Shown: piece by piece, positions 47,201 through 61,000 of the stretch
How the letters are laid out: each line of letters begins with the position of its first letter
Position numbering within the stretch: position 1 is the first letter of the stretch
Assembly (NCBI GenBank): GCA_965178125.1
Contig: OZ237741.1
Span: 620,001-684,000 of the forward strand
Reading direction: 5' to 3'
DNA: 64,000 bases
Origin: Bilabrum cf. latius
Lineage: Eukaryota
Program-made: the position numbers and the translations under genes
Notes under the pieces: generated by a model
Database searches by the model: none
Told to the model about the DNA's origin: nothing
The model's input: only the letters and a program-made list of their open reading frames with translations

Positions 47201-50200
47201 GCCCACTGGCGAAGAACGCGGCTGCTTCCGCATTCAAAATCGAATCGCCCGGTGTCACAAAGCATCTGTCCAGCCGCACTGCACCTTGCGCGAGCTTCAG
47301 CGTACGAAAACGTTTCTCCACCGTAATTGCCGCACGGAATCGAGCCGCGTGTCGTGTCTGGTGCCTGACAGCAACCACCTGCAGCCGCGTGCAGACGCTT
47401 GTCCACGCAATATCCGCTCTCGCCAGATCCACCAGTTGTTGGCTGCTGGAATCCGTCCTCCACGAAGGCGAACTCAACGCACGGTACCCTTTCGTACTCG
47501 TAGTACACGGGCGGCAGGCCCCCCGCCCTGTTGACCTGCACTACCCGGAGGGTCTCCACGTTGCACTCGGCGGCGTGGCAGTCGAGGTTCTCGTCGATGG
47601 TCACCACGGGCCTGAGCGTCCCGTCGCAGTCGGCGCCCTGGCCCCCCTCCCCGCAGAGGGCCTCGAACAGGGACGAGGAGGCAGAGTCAGGAGCAAAGTA
47701 GTCGTAGTCCTGCATCTCCGCGTCATCCGTGTGAAGAACTGGAACAGGACGTTCACCCAAAAAGCTGTACCTGGCTCCTTTCCTAAGGAAATGCCTCTCT
47801 GGCAGCGCCCAGCAGAGAGGCGTGAGGTCGCCGACGTGCCTGCCGTGCAGGTGCAGCTTGGGGAAGGTGTCACGCCACCTCGGGTTGATCAGCAGTGGAT
47901 CAATGTAGTTCGTGCTGCCGTCTCCCCACCGGTTCTCCATGTTCTCACGAGGCTCCTGCAGGTCAAAACCAGTCCACATGCGAGAAAGCTCTAGCACATC
48001 ATCAGTCACGTAGGTCGGCATGGGCTCTCCATTGTCGTCAAGCTTCTGCGTTCCGTTGGGGTGCAACTCCCACAGCCCGATGGTAAAGAGCTGCATGATC
48101 TCTCTCGCAAAGTTCTCGTCCGGATATAGCTCCTTCCTGGGCGAGTACTCGAGTGAAGATTGCAGGGACCGAGAGCCCAGGTACGTCAGCATAGTGGCCA
48201 TGGCGGGTGAGTAGCTGACCTCGCGCAGTGTATCCCTGTAGTTGCCGAAGGCGTTTCGCACGAATATGTCGTAGTAGTTCGTGTAAATTTCGATCTCGTT
48301 TGGGCGGCCGAATCCCTCTTGCGACACCACGAAGATCTGCGACAGGGCCCACGCAACCCTCTGCCGCAGCTGGTCGGGTGCATCCATGACAGCATTCAGC
48401 CAAGTGGCAGTCTTGGAGTACATGCCTCGACTACTCTAAAGGACCTAATCCAGCTTCTGAATCCTCAGGTCATCCGCCGTGGCGATTGCCATGTTGTACA
48501 TGTTGCCCAGCGCGGGATCGTTAGCCACCTCTCCGGGAGAGCCGCACGATTCTGCCACTGCGCCTTTCATGAGGCCCGTTGCATCCCCGGCATCGGCCCA
48601 CTCGGCCATTTCCGCAGTTCGCACCACACGAGGCAACGTGGCAAAATCGATGGGCTGGTTCCTCCTACCAATGTAAACGTGCCTTGACTTCTTGTCCTTC
48701 CAGCGGTTCGGCGTGTGCCAAGCAGGGAATTCCAGCGCCGCAGATCCGCGGAGTGCAAAAGCTGTGATGGGGTTTGGACGCCTGCCAGCATGCGCCTTGT
48801 AGTTTCCGCTATGAAGTGCAGTCCAGGCCGTGAAGTCGTACACGGAGTATTCGTCGCTGTGCACATGCCGCCAGCAGGTCCTCGTGACCCCACCTGATCC
48901 ATCGGTGGAGTTCTTTGAAACCAGAATCGTTACGCCGCGATCTGCGGTGGTGCACTGCGCCTTATCTTGTGAAAGCACGTCGACCACGTCGGCCCCGTCA
49001 TCCGCCTCGATCAGCAGGGCGGACAGCCAGGCGTGCGTCGTCTCGTCGATCTCGGCGTTTGACCCCTCCGATGGCTCGGCGGCATCGCCGCAATCTGACT
49101 CTCCTCCCAGTCGCATCCAGCGGCTGGTGGGAATGCTGCACGGAGGCCTCTCGTCTTCCACTCGGAGGCCAGTGATGTAGTGCACGTGCCGAGCAGATGT
49201 GCCGAAGAACGCCAGGATACCCTCGTCATTCAGCACCATGGGGGTGGAATCATACACTGCTTCGGTACACTTCTGCCTTCCAACGACGCATGTGTGCTCG
49301 TTTAGGAACGTTCGCGGCACGGTTGGGCACTGCTCCACCTGCGGTACCACATCGGCGGCGGGCGCTTGCACGTCGTTGCTGATGAGCCTTAGCCGCTGCT
49401 CGTGCAGCAGCCAGGACGAGGGGGCGCCGGGAGAGGAAGCAGACGTCCTCAGGAACGCAGGCCCGCTCGCGGGTGCATCGCACGGTTGCAAGGCCGAAGA
49501 ACGATGGATAAACACGTCCACGGCAGGGGAGGCCACTGGATCCACAGACACGGCTGTCATGGCCACGCGGGCACTGGCTGAGGCAGGAATGGAGTCCTCG
49601 GGAAAATCCACCGCTGGATTAGCGAACGTACCCTTGCATTCCATCCCGAAGCTAACTTCCCCGCCCACCTTCTGCTCCGCGTTGCAGATGGCCCAGGGCG
49701 CCTCACCGGGCATGCCTTCGAATGACGTCCAGTTTCTACCCACCCAGGTCCGGGGCATGCCGTCCACCGTAAGCACGCCGTCCGTGACATTCAGCAGCTG
49801 TCCCCTGTCCCATGTGGCGATGGCGTGTCTTCTCCATCTCGACTTTGCAGTGCAAGGGCCCCAAACGCCACCAGCCATAATGTCACCGTAGTTGTGGACG
49901 TTGACCCTCTTCCGGTAATAGGCCCTGTGCTCGGTGGCAGGGACATTCTCGATTTGCCCCCTGACCCACTCCGTTGCAGCGGAGTAGAACGGCCCCATAC
50001 CCCTCGGGGTCGCCGGGGGTGCACTAGGGGAAGCCGAGGGGAAGGCATCGATCGCAGACCGGGAGGTGCCGAACGTTGCCGTCTGCAGCATGCGCGCCGC
50101 GCGAACCTCGTGCGGAACATCGCCGTCCGCCAGCACAGGCCCAGACTGAACCCAGAACACGCTCCTGTCACTGTCTACGCCCTGTGTCCTCCTGCTGGCG

Positions 50201-51405
50201 GTAGCGGTTGCAACCTCGCCCCCAGGGGCAGGCAGTCGCACGGAGCACAATCCAATCCCGCGGGTGTCCACTGCGGGCGAGCAGTTAAACGCTATCATTA
50301 GAGGGGCCTGCGGCTCCCAGTCGTGCCCATCGTAGGATCGTCCAGCGGGCACAGGGGCACTCTCCTCAGTGCCCCCTGCGGAGTTGGGGTCATACCCCTC
50401 AGGGGTCCGGAACAGCCGGAGCAGCTGCCCAGGCTGCGACCTGGCAAGAAGCACGGTATTGCCAGGGAGCATTCCTGGGAGTGGCAGTCGCACGGCTTTT
50501 CCTCCCGGTACCGGCATCACGAAGGGCGCAGGTGACGGAGACACGCTCGGTGTGGGGGATGCGGTGGGCATCGTGGACGGTGAGGATGAAGGTGATGGTA
50601 GACCCGGCAATGCGTCGGCACTAACGCCTCCCACGCCTGTGAGAGAGTCAGCCAAAGGACCGCCTTGTTCCCCGGCATCTATCAGAGCCTGCAGCAGCCC
50701 TCCTGATTCGGCCGCTTCCTGTAGAGCACCTTCCACCGCTGCGGCCACGTCCTCCTCGGGCTGGTCCGGCATGTACGCCGGGCCCAGCCGCAGGGAGAAG
50801 GTTACCTCGACAGATGACCCAGATGATCCAGATGCACCCGATGGGCCGGAATCTCCGCCTTCGGCATTGCTGCCGCCCCCGATGAGGGAGGCAGGCGCCA
50901 CGCCGGTGACCGAGCACGAGCCCTGGGGAAGTCCAGCCGCTGCTTCGATTCCTTCGCAGAAATCGCGCGCGGCACGCGAATCAGGTTGGATGTCGTTCTC
51001 ACTGATACCTTGGAGTACTATGGATGCATCCACTAGAACCGAGTCGTTTGCAGCGCGCTACGGCGCGGAGAGGTCGCCATCGCCGCCTCCTGGCTCGTCG
51101 CCTGCCGAAAGCTGCCATCCGACGATGCCTGCAATTGCGGCCACTACCAGGATCACAGCGCCAATGAATATGTACTTCATCATGCCACAGTCAGAAGAAG
51201 TCGGGGCAGCAGACGCATGGGCTTTCTTGGCTGCTGGGAGGCTCCCGTTGGAAGCACAGCTTGCACTGCCAACAAACTGAGGGCCTCCAGTCCTTGCTGG
51301 GCCCCGATTTACTTGGTAGGGGTTCATAACCATTGCAAGAACGTTGTCTTGGATGACGCTTCCATCCTGGGCCTGGCGTGTCTGCCCCAGCTTGGATACT
51401 TGCAT
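44290..51405 (-). CDS. Membrane-anchored DUF1800 + DUF1501 fusion protein, about 2371 aa
   Basis: N-terminal TM YIFIGAVILVVAAIAGIVGW. DUF1800 motifs APDQLRQRVAWALSQIFV, PDENFAREIMQLFTIGL, TSNPSPGYVERVA, GRMREPLIK, SPSVFNFY. DUF1501 motifs LFLSGGVDSFNMLVP, GFDSHS, ASEFGRT, GTDHAWGG. Seven TAG (51058, 48445, 48436, 46111, 45889, 45223, 44350). Ends TGA. Confidence 0.85.
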
Positions 51406-52097
51406 GCTTACTTGGCTGATTTCCGCCTCTGCAATAATATTTTGGTGACATCACCGCAGACAATAATTGTCGAGTGGAGCTTGTTCATAGTAAACAAACT
51501 AGGAATGACTCCCTATTGTTCATGATCACATATATCTTGATGGGCATTAGTTGCAAGCTGCAGCTTTCATGTTAATTTCCAGCATTTGTACCACACTTGA
51601 GGAGTCGTTAAACTCACATAGGTAAACTGTTGGGTTTGCCCCAGCAGGTCTTTGCAAAGCGTATTCGATTTTTATTGATCCGTGAGGCGCAAGTCTGAGC
51701 AAGGCGCTTTCTGAAACGTAGCAGCCGTCGCCAAATTGTGTGGCTCCTGCACTCCACATAGCACAACTTGCGACCAACTGCCGCGCTCCCGCTCGCACGA
51801 GACGCCGCACGCGCTGTACCACTGCTAGGCCGCGGCTGCTACTCTAGGGAAAGCGCCGGAATACTTGACAGGCTGCTGCTTCTGCAATTTCACGCGCTAA
51901 TAGAAAGTGTCCATAGTCCAGCGGCGTAGGCGCTCCGTCGTTTGTCCGTCGAATCGGCGTCGGTGCTATGGGCCGAACCCAGCAGCAGCGACAGCAGTGG
52001 CGCTGCCTGTCTGCACGAGACTCACTGTGTGCTGCCGCATGCGCGCGCCTAGTATGTGCTTCCGGGCCTACAGTTCTTGAATATTTCTATCACTCGA

Positions 52098-55000
52098 TCA
52101 CACTTGGTTCCTTCCCGAGCCCTTGAGCTGTAGATCCTTAGACTCCGCCCCCCGACGAGCACCCACGCCTTGGGCATCCGTGGAATGGCCAGCCTCGCCT
52201 TCGCCCAGGTCCGAGCCACCTCCGGCCCTCATCGTTCCAGCCATAGGATTGGCCATGCACATCACCTGCTGCGGCCCACCGGTCCCTAGGTCCAAAACAC
52301 GCTTCACGGTAGAGCTGCTCCCTCCGCCACTTCCCCCATTGACTGGCTTGGAGGCCTTCTGCGATGCCTTGGGCAGTATCGAGGCGCGGCGCCGGTCCCG
52401 CTCCCGTTCTTTCTGATTCCGAATGGCATCAGGGCTCTCCGGGTCCTCTTGCAGCAGGGTCCACCAGAATAGGCCGAACAGGATCAGGAGGCACCCTATG
52501 CTCCCGATGCCCACGACGTACGTGAGGCCCAGCGCGGCAGAGTGCAACGCACTCTCTCTGTCCCGCATGGATGGGTGCTGCTGCAGGGCCGCTACGGTGT
52601 TGAGTCCCACCGCCAGTGCGGATAGCAGCAGCGTGCCCACTTTGCCCACCCTCTTCCACTCATACTCCTCGAGGAAGGGCGAGGCCGACTCGATCACCGC
52701 CAGTGCAACCAGCAGCACGAGCACCTGCGTGATCCCGGCCGCCAGCGCCCTCCCTGGGGCATTGGGCACCCACAGCCGCTCCAGCCCAGCGAGCATCAGC
52801 AGGACGGCCCAGTCGACGCACCGGACCCACGCCCTAGAGGCGCGGTAGTCCCCGTCCACGAAGTAGGCCAGCCGGTGCGTCTGCCGCAGGATCAGCGACC
52901 GATCACGCACCGTCTCCAGGATGCTGCGAGCTAGGGCAGGGGAAACAGAAACGCCGAAGGCCCCCATCATGCCACTGCGAGTTACAGTTGGGACAGATTC
53001 CGATTCGGAGGCTGTGCTGGTGCTGGGACCAGGACCCAGCAGGTCCGCCGCCGACGCTGTGGGCTGCAGCAGCACCGGGGCAGATGTGTACCGCATCGCA
53101 CCGTCGGCATCGCCATTGGCGGAAATGCCACCACTGGCACTGTCCCCGGCTCCCTTGCTCGCACACATGGGGGCGCTGAACTGCACTCCCGAGGTGGAAC
53201 CTCTCCGTGACAATCGGCCACCCCCGCCGCCTCCCGCCATCTTGTTGATGGAAGGTCCGCTCGTGGGGGCGGCCAGCTGCTGGGCGGAGGACTGGTCCGC
53301 TGCGTATGCCTGCCTCATCTGCCTGATAGTGCCCCTGGCCGCATCGTGCGAGAAGGGACCCGATGTATTCTGGGAGTCGACCGCCTTGGGACTGGCCGAT
53401 CCATCGGTCTTGCTTCCACTGGCTGGAAGGCCCCGGCCACTGCCTGTACATGACCACGCTCCGCAGCCGAAAGCATGCCCAAACTGCTCCCACCATGGCA
53501 GCTGCTTCGTCGTGCGACCATCGGCTGCCAGTGCGATCCTCAGCTGCAGCTCTGCAGCATCAAGCCGGGTGGCTGAGGGAGACACTCGGACGGTGCGATC
53601 AATCTCTGGCAGGATCCACAGCAGCAGCACGGCGGGATATCCTGCGACCACAATCAGGATGGCCATGATCGCCATGAAGACAGCAGCCCTGTGCGGCCCA
53701 TCCCGGAAGCACACTACGGTTGGATCACTCAGCAGCAGACTCACGTCCAGGTCCTCCGGGTCATGTCCGTAGCTAGCGAGGACCTGACTGGCGAGCGCCC
53801 GCTGCTCCGAGCCATCAGTGAGCACAGCGTCTCCGCTCCCAGTGTCACCAGCAAGCGTTGTCCCGTTGAGCCCAGCCCCCATCTAAGGCTGCTCCCCGCT
53901 AATCCCATCCGTGCCATTGCGCGATGCACTTCCGCTAAAAATACCGGCCTCTTCCGCTCCGGCGAGCGCCTCTGCAGGCAGCTACACCGACGCGATTCCT
54001 TCGTTCTCCGCTAGCCTCCCGAGAGCATACGGAGCCCTGCAGTCCAGCACCTGCACCACCGTGGTGCATGCAATGGCATATACGAGCGAAAGCGCGGTCA
54101 GGAACCCTCTGGCGCCCAGCCCGCAATGTCGCACCCCATCTCCTCTGGTCAGCCGCCTGCTTGCCTGCTGCGACAATCGCACGGCACCAAAGGTCTCTTC
54201 CACGGAAGTGCTTGGTGCAGGCCTCTTTCGGTTCCTATTGGCATGCCGTGCTTCTTCATGCGTTCCGCTGGCTACGTTCGCACTAGATGACCCTGCACCT
54301 GTACCTGCAACCAAACCCTTACCCTCGCCGAAGCCCTCACCCTCGTCGCTTATCTAACTGAGGCTATGTCCAGCCATCATGCGGCGAAGGGCCCGGCTGC
54401 GGGCCGCCTGGCCTGCTGCTCCACGGGACCGACGCGAAAAGGCATCTTTGCCACCGAAGAGCGGGGCGCCGGACTCGTGCCGGCCCACACGTCTTGTCAA
54501 CCGAAGGGTGTTGCTGCCACTGTCAGAGGGCAGCTGAGACCCCCACAGGAGGCCGTACGCGATTAGCGCCATCCCGATGGCAATCCCTAGCACCAGCATC
54601 TCCTGTGCCAGCTTCACCGCACCGATGCAGTCGGGGTGCACCAGGGCGGCACTCTCAAACCGGAACACGTCGAGCATCCGCACCACCGTGTAGTACCACT
54701 GGGGCAGGCCCGGCTGCACGGCCCGCCCTGCCTGCGCCACAGTCTGCAGCAGGGCTCCTGCGTACAGAGAGAACTATGCGGTGCGCTTGGCTGCAAGTCC
54801 AAGGGGAATGCCCCGAGAGTGTGCTACGATTCCAACCCCCACCATAAGCACGAAACAGGCTCCCGCCACGCCGCCTCCGTACACTAGGATCGGCTGCAGC
54901 AGCAGCCAGGCCGACGGCGAATCGGGGCACAACTGGCAGGAGCCATCCGATTCCGGATATCGCCGGTCCTCGCACCTGGAGCAGCCCGTGGACCCCTGCC

Positions 55001-58000
55001 TGAATCCTTCCCCGCACACCGCAACATCCTCCTGCTCGTCCCAGCCCAGGCACCTCTCCTCCGCTGGCGGTTCGCACCGCAGCACCAGCCCAGAGTCTTC
55101 GGACTCGGTCCAGAAACCGGGGAGCGGGTGGGCCTTGAATCCACCGGGGCACACCGCGCCGGCGGGGCATGACCTGCACGCGTCACCCGCGCCGAAGGCG
55201 CACACCAGCCCCGCCTCCACGGCCTCGCGGTCGGCGCAAAGCGCTCCCGGCTGCGGGAATCCCACGCACTGCTCCACGTACTCGATTCCCCCTCGCAGCA
55301 CAATTGCAGCGAAATCGGAGTCACCCGCGGCGATCGAGGACCCGTATGGCATCACCGGCAGCAGCACGTTATCGGTGCCGGACGAAATCGGCTGACCGTC
55401 TCCTGCTGAGACTGTGGCATCAGACGGGGCTGGCCCCATCACAACGCACCCGTTCAGCTCGCTTGAGGCATCGCTGCCAGAATCCGATGCTTCGCCCTTC
55501 CACTAAGCCTCACGCACTTCCAACGAACACAATGCAGTCAAAAGGGCCACTGTGCGAGCATCAGCCAAAATCACACCATTTGCAGCAGCTCCATCGGTGG
55601 ACTGGGTCACACTGCCGCTGATGGATTGGCTGACTCCGCGTGGGATACCAGCCACGATGGAGGACACATCAGGCGGCCAACCCGAAGTCGCAGGCTCGCC
55701 ACTTCCGCTCCGCACTGGAGGCCCAACAATCAGGACGGCACGCTGACTGCAGCTCTGGGACGGACCTATGGAGCTGCCGCCGGGAGCCTCAGCTGCAGCC
55801 CCCTCAGCGGTAGGGCATGCCTCGCTGGCTGGTGGCAGCTGCACGACGGCGGCAGTCGCGTCAGAAGTCGTCCACAGCACCTGTGCAGGCACACCTCCCA
55901 CGAAGACAAGCGACTAGGCCGCCAGGCACGGCACCCTTGCACCAGTTTGCGCATTCCTAGTCGCTACTTCTGCCAGCGGGCAGGTCAGCGTGACCTGCTG
56001 CGACCCGCTCACGACGATCTGAGGCGCCTGCCAGGGTTGCGATTGCGATTCCGAGTAGGTCTGCGCTGCGTCCAAGGCCTGTCGCAGCTGCGTGTCAAGT
56101 GCCACGGTGCTGGTATTGTCTACAATCGTGGTGGTTAAGATCCTCAGAGCTGCAGGCGGTGCAGACTTGACCCGGCGCAATCTTCTAGCGTCACTGTCAG
56201 ACCCGACCAAGGAGTTGCCTGCAGATGACACCCCGCTTGGCACGGACGTTGGCTGGTCGGCCGAACCCGACCCCCTCACCCCGCCCCACGACGACAGATA
56301 CCTGCTGTTGCGACCGAGCAGTTCTGCGGCCGATCCCGGTGCCGGTGCCTCATCCGTCGCGCCTGCTTCCGGCGTGCCCCACACTGCATCGGGCAGTCTG
56401 GTCAACATGTCCGCGGTCGCAGGCCACCGAATCGCCCGCCCAAGTACGGGGAAGGCCACGCCGAGAGGTCTCTGGTACCGTGCCCCGAACACTGGGCCCG
56501 GTAGTCCGGCCACGTCATCCGGAAGGACAGCTGGCCTGGCCATTCCAGTGACCCGCTGCACGAGAGCCTCAGCAGCGGCCCTCTCTGTGCTCTGAATGAC
56601 GCAGACCACCCACGAGCGGTATGCGCCTCCTCCTTCCGTTGCCTGGTCAATGTCCGACTCTGGACTGAGACTCACCTTAAGCTCCGCCAGCACCGCACCG
56701 CCTGCCTCCCACAGCAAGATCTCGTCGTCTCCCAGCAGCCTGACCGGCGGATCTACGAGGAAGGCACTCTCTGGCGTGGCTTCGAAAGCATCCAGCGAGG
56801 GTGTGCCGAAAGCGTCCGTCTGCAGCGAGTGCGCGAGGCAGGAGACGAGCAGTGCCTCGTCCACCGCGGGCTGCGCGGGGACATTGACGCTCACAGTGGG
56901 CGGTTCGAGGGCCTGCAGCGCCAGGGAACTCGCCCCGTCGGGAAACGGGCTGGTTCGAGTCACCTGCGGTGGGGTTCCCAGCATGCGGGCGGCTAGGAGG
57001 GACATGGGGTCTCGGCTCGATTCCGCTGCCGCCACCTCGAGATCGGTTTCATCCACGAGTACACCCACGCCGAAGCTGCCGCCGCCCGTGCCGCCCGGCA
57101 CAGCGGCTGCAGATACGTCACACTACCCCAAGGATAGATCAGCAGGCCGTCCTAGCGGCGTTGCAGCATTTGAATTCGCTTTCAGGTTGCGGCTCGATCC
57201 TGCCACGGCGGAAAAAGAGGCCAGCCGCATGCCCCCTTCGCCTGCTATCTGACCGGGCGGCACCCGAAGCACCGCCCCCACCTGCACCTCAACGCACACA
57301 CCCCCTGCTCCATTGGCTGCCATTGCATCAATCGCCTCCATCGCGGGCAGCCCGGCAAGGGGCCGGCCTGCGCCTGTCACAGTGTCCAAATTCAGGACAC
57401 TGCGGGCGTCTTCAAGAGCCGTCCAATTGGATGGGGTACTTGCTGGTACAAAGTGATCCAGCTCAAGTCCCTGCACAGACTCAGCTGCTGCCCTGGCCAC
57501 GTCAACTGCGGAGACATGCACTACCTGAGCTGCAGCAGTGATATCTGCCAGGATTGATCCTGCGGGTTCCTTGACTCCCACCCCGACTCTGGCGCCAGCT
57601 GCTAGCATTGAATCCTCGTTGCCTGCGACCCAATCCGCCACCCCACTCCCATAGGCCGCAGGAGCCTCTAGATCCAGCGCCACTTGATCTGTCAGTCCAA
57701 GCTCGTCTTGGCCGTTGACAGTCATGAAGCGGACCGAAACGTTGAGCCGATCCGGCAACCAGCCAAAGGCAATGAGCCCCTTGGAGGCCTGTCCCCCAAC
57801 CGGCCCCGCGATGGCCGCGGTAGCCTGAATGCCGCCAGACACGCCCGCCATCGAACCGTAGGCATCCAGGACGGCCCCGGAGCACACCCTCGCCGTCAGC
57901 AGCACCTTGGTTCCGCATGCCGCGGCAGTACCCGAATCCACGGGCAGCGGTCTGATGCCGGGGCACGAGAAAGAAGCGCCAGGTAGAGGTGTATCAGTGC

Positions 58001-61000
58001 TGCTGGAAGCAGACCTGACCAGCGGGCTGCCTGCAGGCCAAGGGCACCTCTCCTCCTGGCCGACCAGCATGGACACGTTCAGAGGCCGTCCGCGCAGCAC
58101 GATGGAACGATCCGGGCCTGCGACTGGCACTGCGCTCTCCAGGTTTGTGACGATGCTAGCGAGCGAGTACAGCCCCATTGTGATTCTGGGACTCACATGG
58201 ACCTGAACGCCTCTCCCGCCCCAGGTCTTTACCGCGTATGCATGTGTCCGACCGGGATATCCCACGTCTACGAGGATGTTGGCCTGCTCGAGCACAGCTT
58301 CGTCCGCGGACAACCATGAAGACGGCAAAATCGACAGATCGAGTGAAAAGACTCCATCGGATATCGTCGCAAGCGACGCGTTGAAAGCAGCCTCAATGCG
58401 CATGAAAGATGCGTATGAAAGGTGCAGAGGAGCCGCTGGAATCGTGCCCCGCAACTGTAGCGGAAGCGTGATGGTACCTGCAGCCTTGTCAGCACTGGCT
58501 GCACCGGCCTCTAATACCCGAAGCGCTGCGTCCAGCATCCGATCGGACCGTAGGGGCTGCAGCCGGCCCATGCTGGTGGGGCTCGGAATCACCTTGAGCA
58601 CTGGCAAGTCCACTCCGTCCAGCAGGTGCACCAGCTGGTCGTCATCCAGATCAGCAGTCGGCACAGGAACCCACACTTTTAGCTGCCCGCCGGCATCGGG
58701 CTGTCCCAGGCCAGCCGGTCCCGATCCCCCGGCATCTTCCGATGAGCTATGATCTGCCACTAAAGATATGGCCCGCCCATCCACAGTAATATCTACACTC
58801 ACGGGAACGATGACCTACAGCCTCAGGTCCTCTGCTGCCAACGAGGAGAACTCCAGGGTCTGTCGAACCAGGTCCCACGTCTAAACCGATGAATCGCCTG
58901 GAGGCGCGTATCTTCGAATAACCCAAAGATCGCGATCCCCACTCTCCACCATTCGCATTGCAAGAAGCTGCAAATGCTCCACGAGGAATCGGACGACTAT
59001 CCAAACCCCTCCAGAGTCAGCAAATAAGGCCCCAGCCCTACTTAGCACAGAGTCGGGACCCACAAAAACGACCGCAGTCGCGCCCTCCGACTCAGGCACC
59101 AGTCCGTTCGCATCCGCTCGCTGGGCGAGCCAATCGGCATCAGCCGGTGCCATGTTCACATCAATCCGCAGCTCGGCCAAAATTCCGTTTTGCAGGCGTT
59201 TGCCCCCGCCAAACCAGCTGCTGTGGCTCGGATTCTCAAGACGCACCGCCCGCCTATTGTGACTGCTGTGAAGCAGCAGTGCAGCGACAGTCGTGCTGTT
59301 GATCGAAGAAAGCGACTCTTGCCTGCGCGGCGAACCCGTCGAGTTGTCGCTGGTGGCGAGCAACAGGGGCAAGCCGTTGCCGTAAAAGTTCCTGACGACA
59401 GAGCAAGCGATGCCGTCCTTGTCGTTAGCCCACGCTTCCAGGTCTTCCAGCGAACTGGGACTTCTCCCGAGCAGCGAGTCGGGGGGATACTCTCCCACAT
59501 ACGCCGGGTCCATGTCGCCACCGGGATGAGAGGGCAGGTTGCGCGGCGGGGACCTCGGGGGGTGCATGGACGGCCAAAAGACACACACAGCCACTCGCAG
59601 GTTTGTCACGTTGCGGATCGGAAGCCATGGCATTTCGGCCTGCAGCTGGTACCTCAGCGCAGGGTGCACGGGAGTGCCGTTTGTGCTGTTCCCATCTGTG
59701 AGCACCCGATGGCTCGCAAGCTGCATGCCGCTATCCGTTGTCTCCGCCTACCGTACCGCATTTATCACGCTATTGTACTCTGCATCGCCTAGAAGAGTCC
59801 CGTTGATGCTCGCCAGCCGCGCCCAAGCCCTCCCCTCAAAGCTGTCACCCACCTGAAGGAACGCCAGGGCGCCGCCTCTGTAGATGGAAGCAATCGGAAG
59901 CTCTCCTCGAACAACCACCATCACCCCTGCCGCCTTGGCTTCGTGGACGTTCAGTGCATCTAGGCGCAACTGACCCGGAAGCGGGCCTCCTTCCGCGTCC
60001 AGGAGTGTCAGCGCCCTTGGAAGCAGCAGCTCTCCTCTGCCCAGGCACGCATCGCAGGCGGCTCGCACCTCCTTCTGTCCCGCACCCGTATTCCTCTGTG
60101 TCAGGAACCGGACAGATACGGGCGGCGTGCCGACGGAGAGGAAGGGGTGGTGCATGCCAGCGACTGTTGTCGGAATATCGATGGCAAGCCGGACGGGCAC
60201 TGCAGCGGGTGGCCCAAACACCTTCCCATCGGCTAAAGGGGAGCCTAAACGACCCATGTCCTCATGCAGCCGTTCCACAGCGGGACTCTCAGGCAGGTCC
60301 TTGAATAGGTGCAGGGGGTGCGCGCCACTCACCAATCGCATGCCAGTGAGTCCTCCGTCGTTCGGCACGGAGGCCGACACGTTCAAGAACAGACGAGTGG
60401 CACCCGCCCCGAGTCTATCGCTGTGTGAGAGCTCAAACTGCACCAGGCCGCCCCTGTTCAAGGACCAGTGCGACATGAAAAGAGTGCCCACGGAGGCAAT
60501 CTCCACCACCACTTTCTGGACCTATCCATCCCGCAGTCGCACCGGCAGCATGCATCCTGCGGTGCCCCGAAGAGCGTCCCGAGGGCACAGCATGGGCCAC
60601 ATGTGCGTGCCAGCTGGCCGACGGTGCGGCGGGTGTTCTGGGAGGGCGTGTCCCTACGGGCTGCGCTGCAGACAGAATGTGGCTCCGTACACGCCCTTGT
60701 AGTCCCCGTTATCATTCTTGCCCCCAATCACCACTACGTAACCTCCACCCAAGTGTGCCATCACGTGTCGGGAAATGCCTCCCGTGCCAGGAAGAACGGC
60801 GATGTCGCCCGTGGGGCTGAGCTGCCGCTCCCAGTGGCTGCCGTAGTCCCACGACCTCCAGCAATCAGCATACCGAGCTTTCTAGTTCATTCCATTGCCA
60901 GAGGCTATTCCGGGATCGGAAAAGTCATCCTCGCCCCCGCACAGCAGCACGCTATCATCCGGCAGACTAACTAGCTCTGTTCTCTGCCTGGGAGGCCAGT

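Noticed and set aside
51547-51822. Small ORF between the two giant genes (also 30399..30761 +)
   Set aside because: It has no ATG start, no recognisable motif and no supporting splice pattern.
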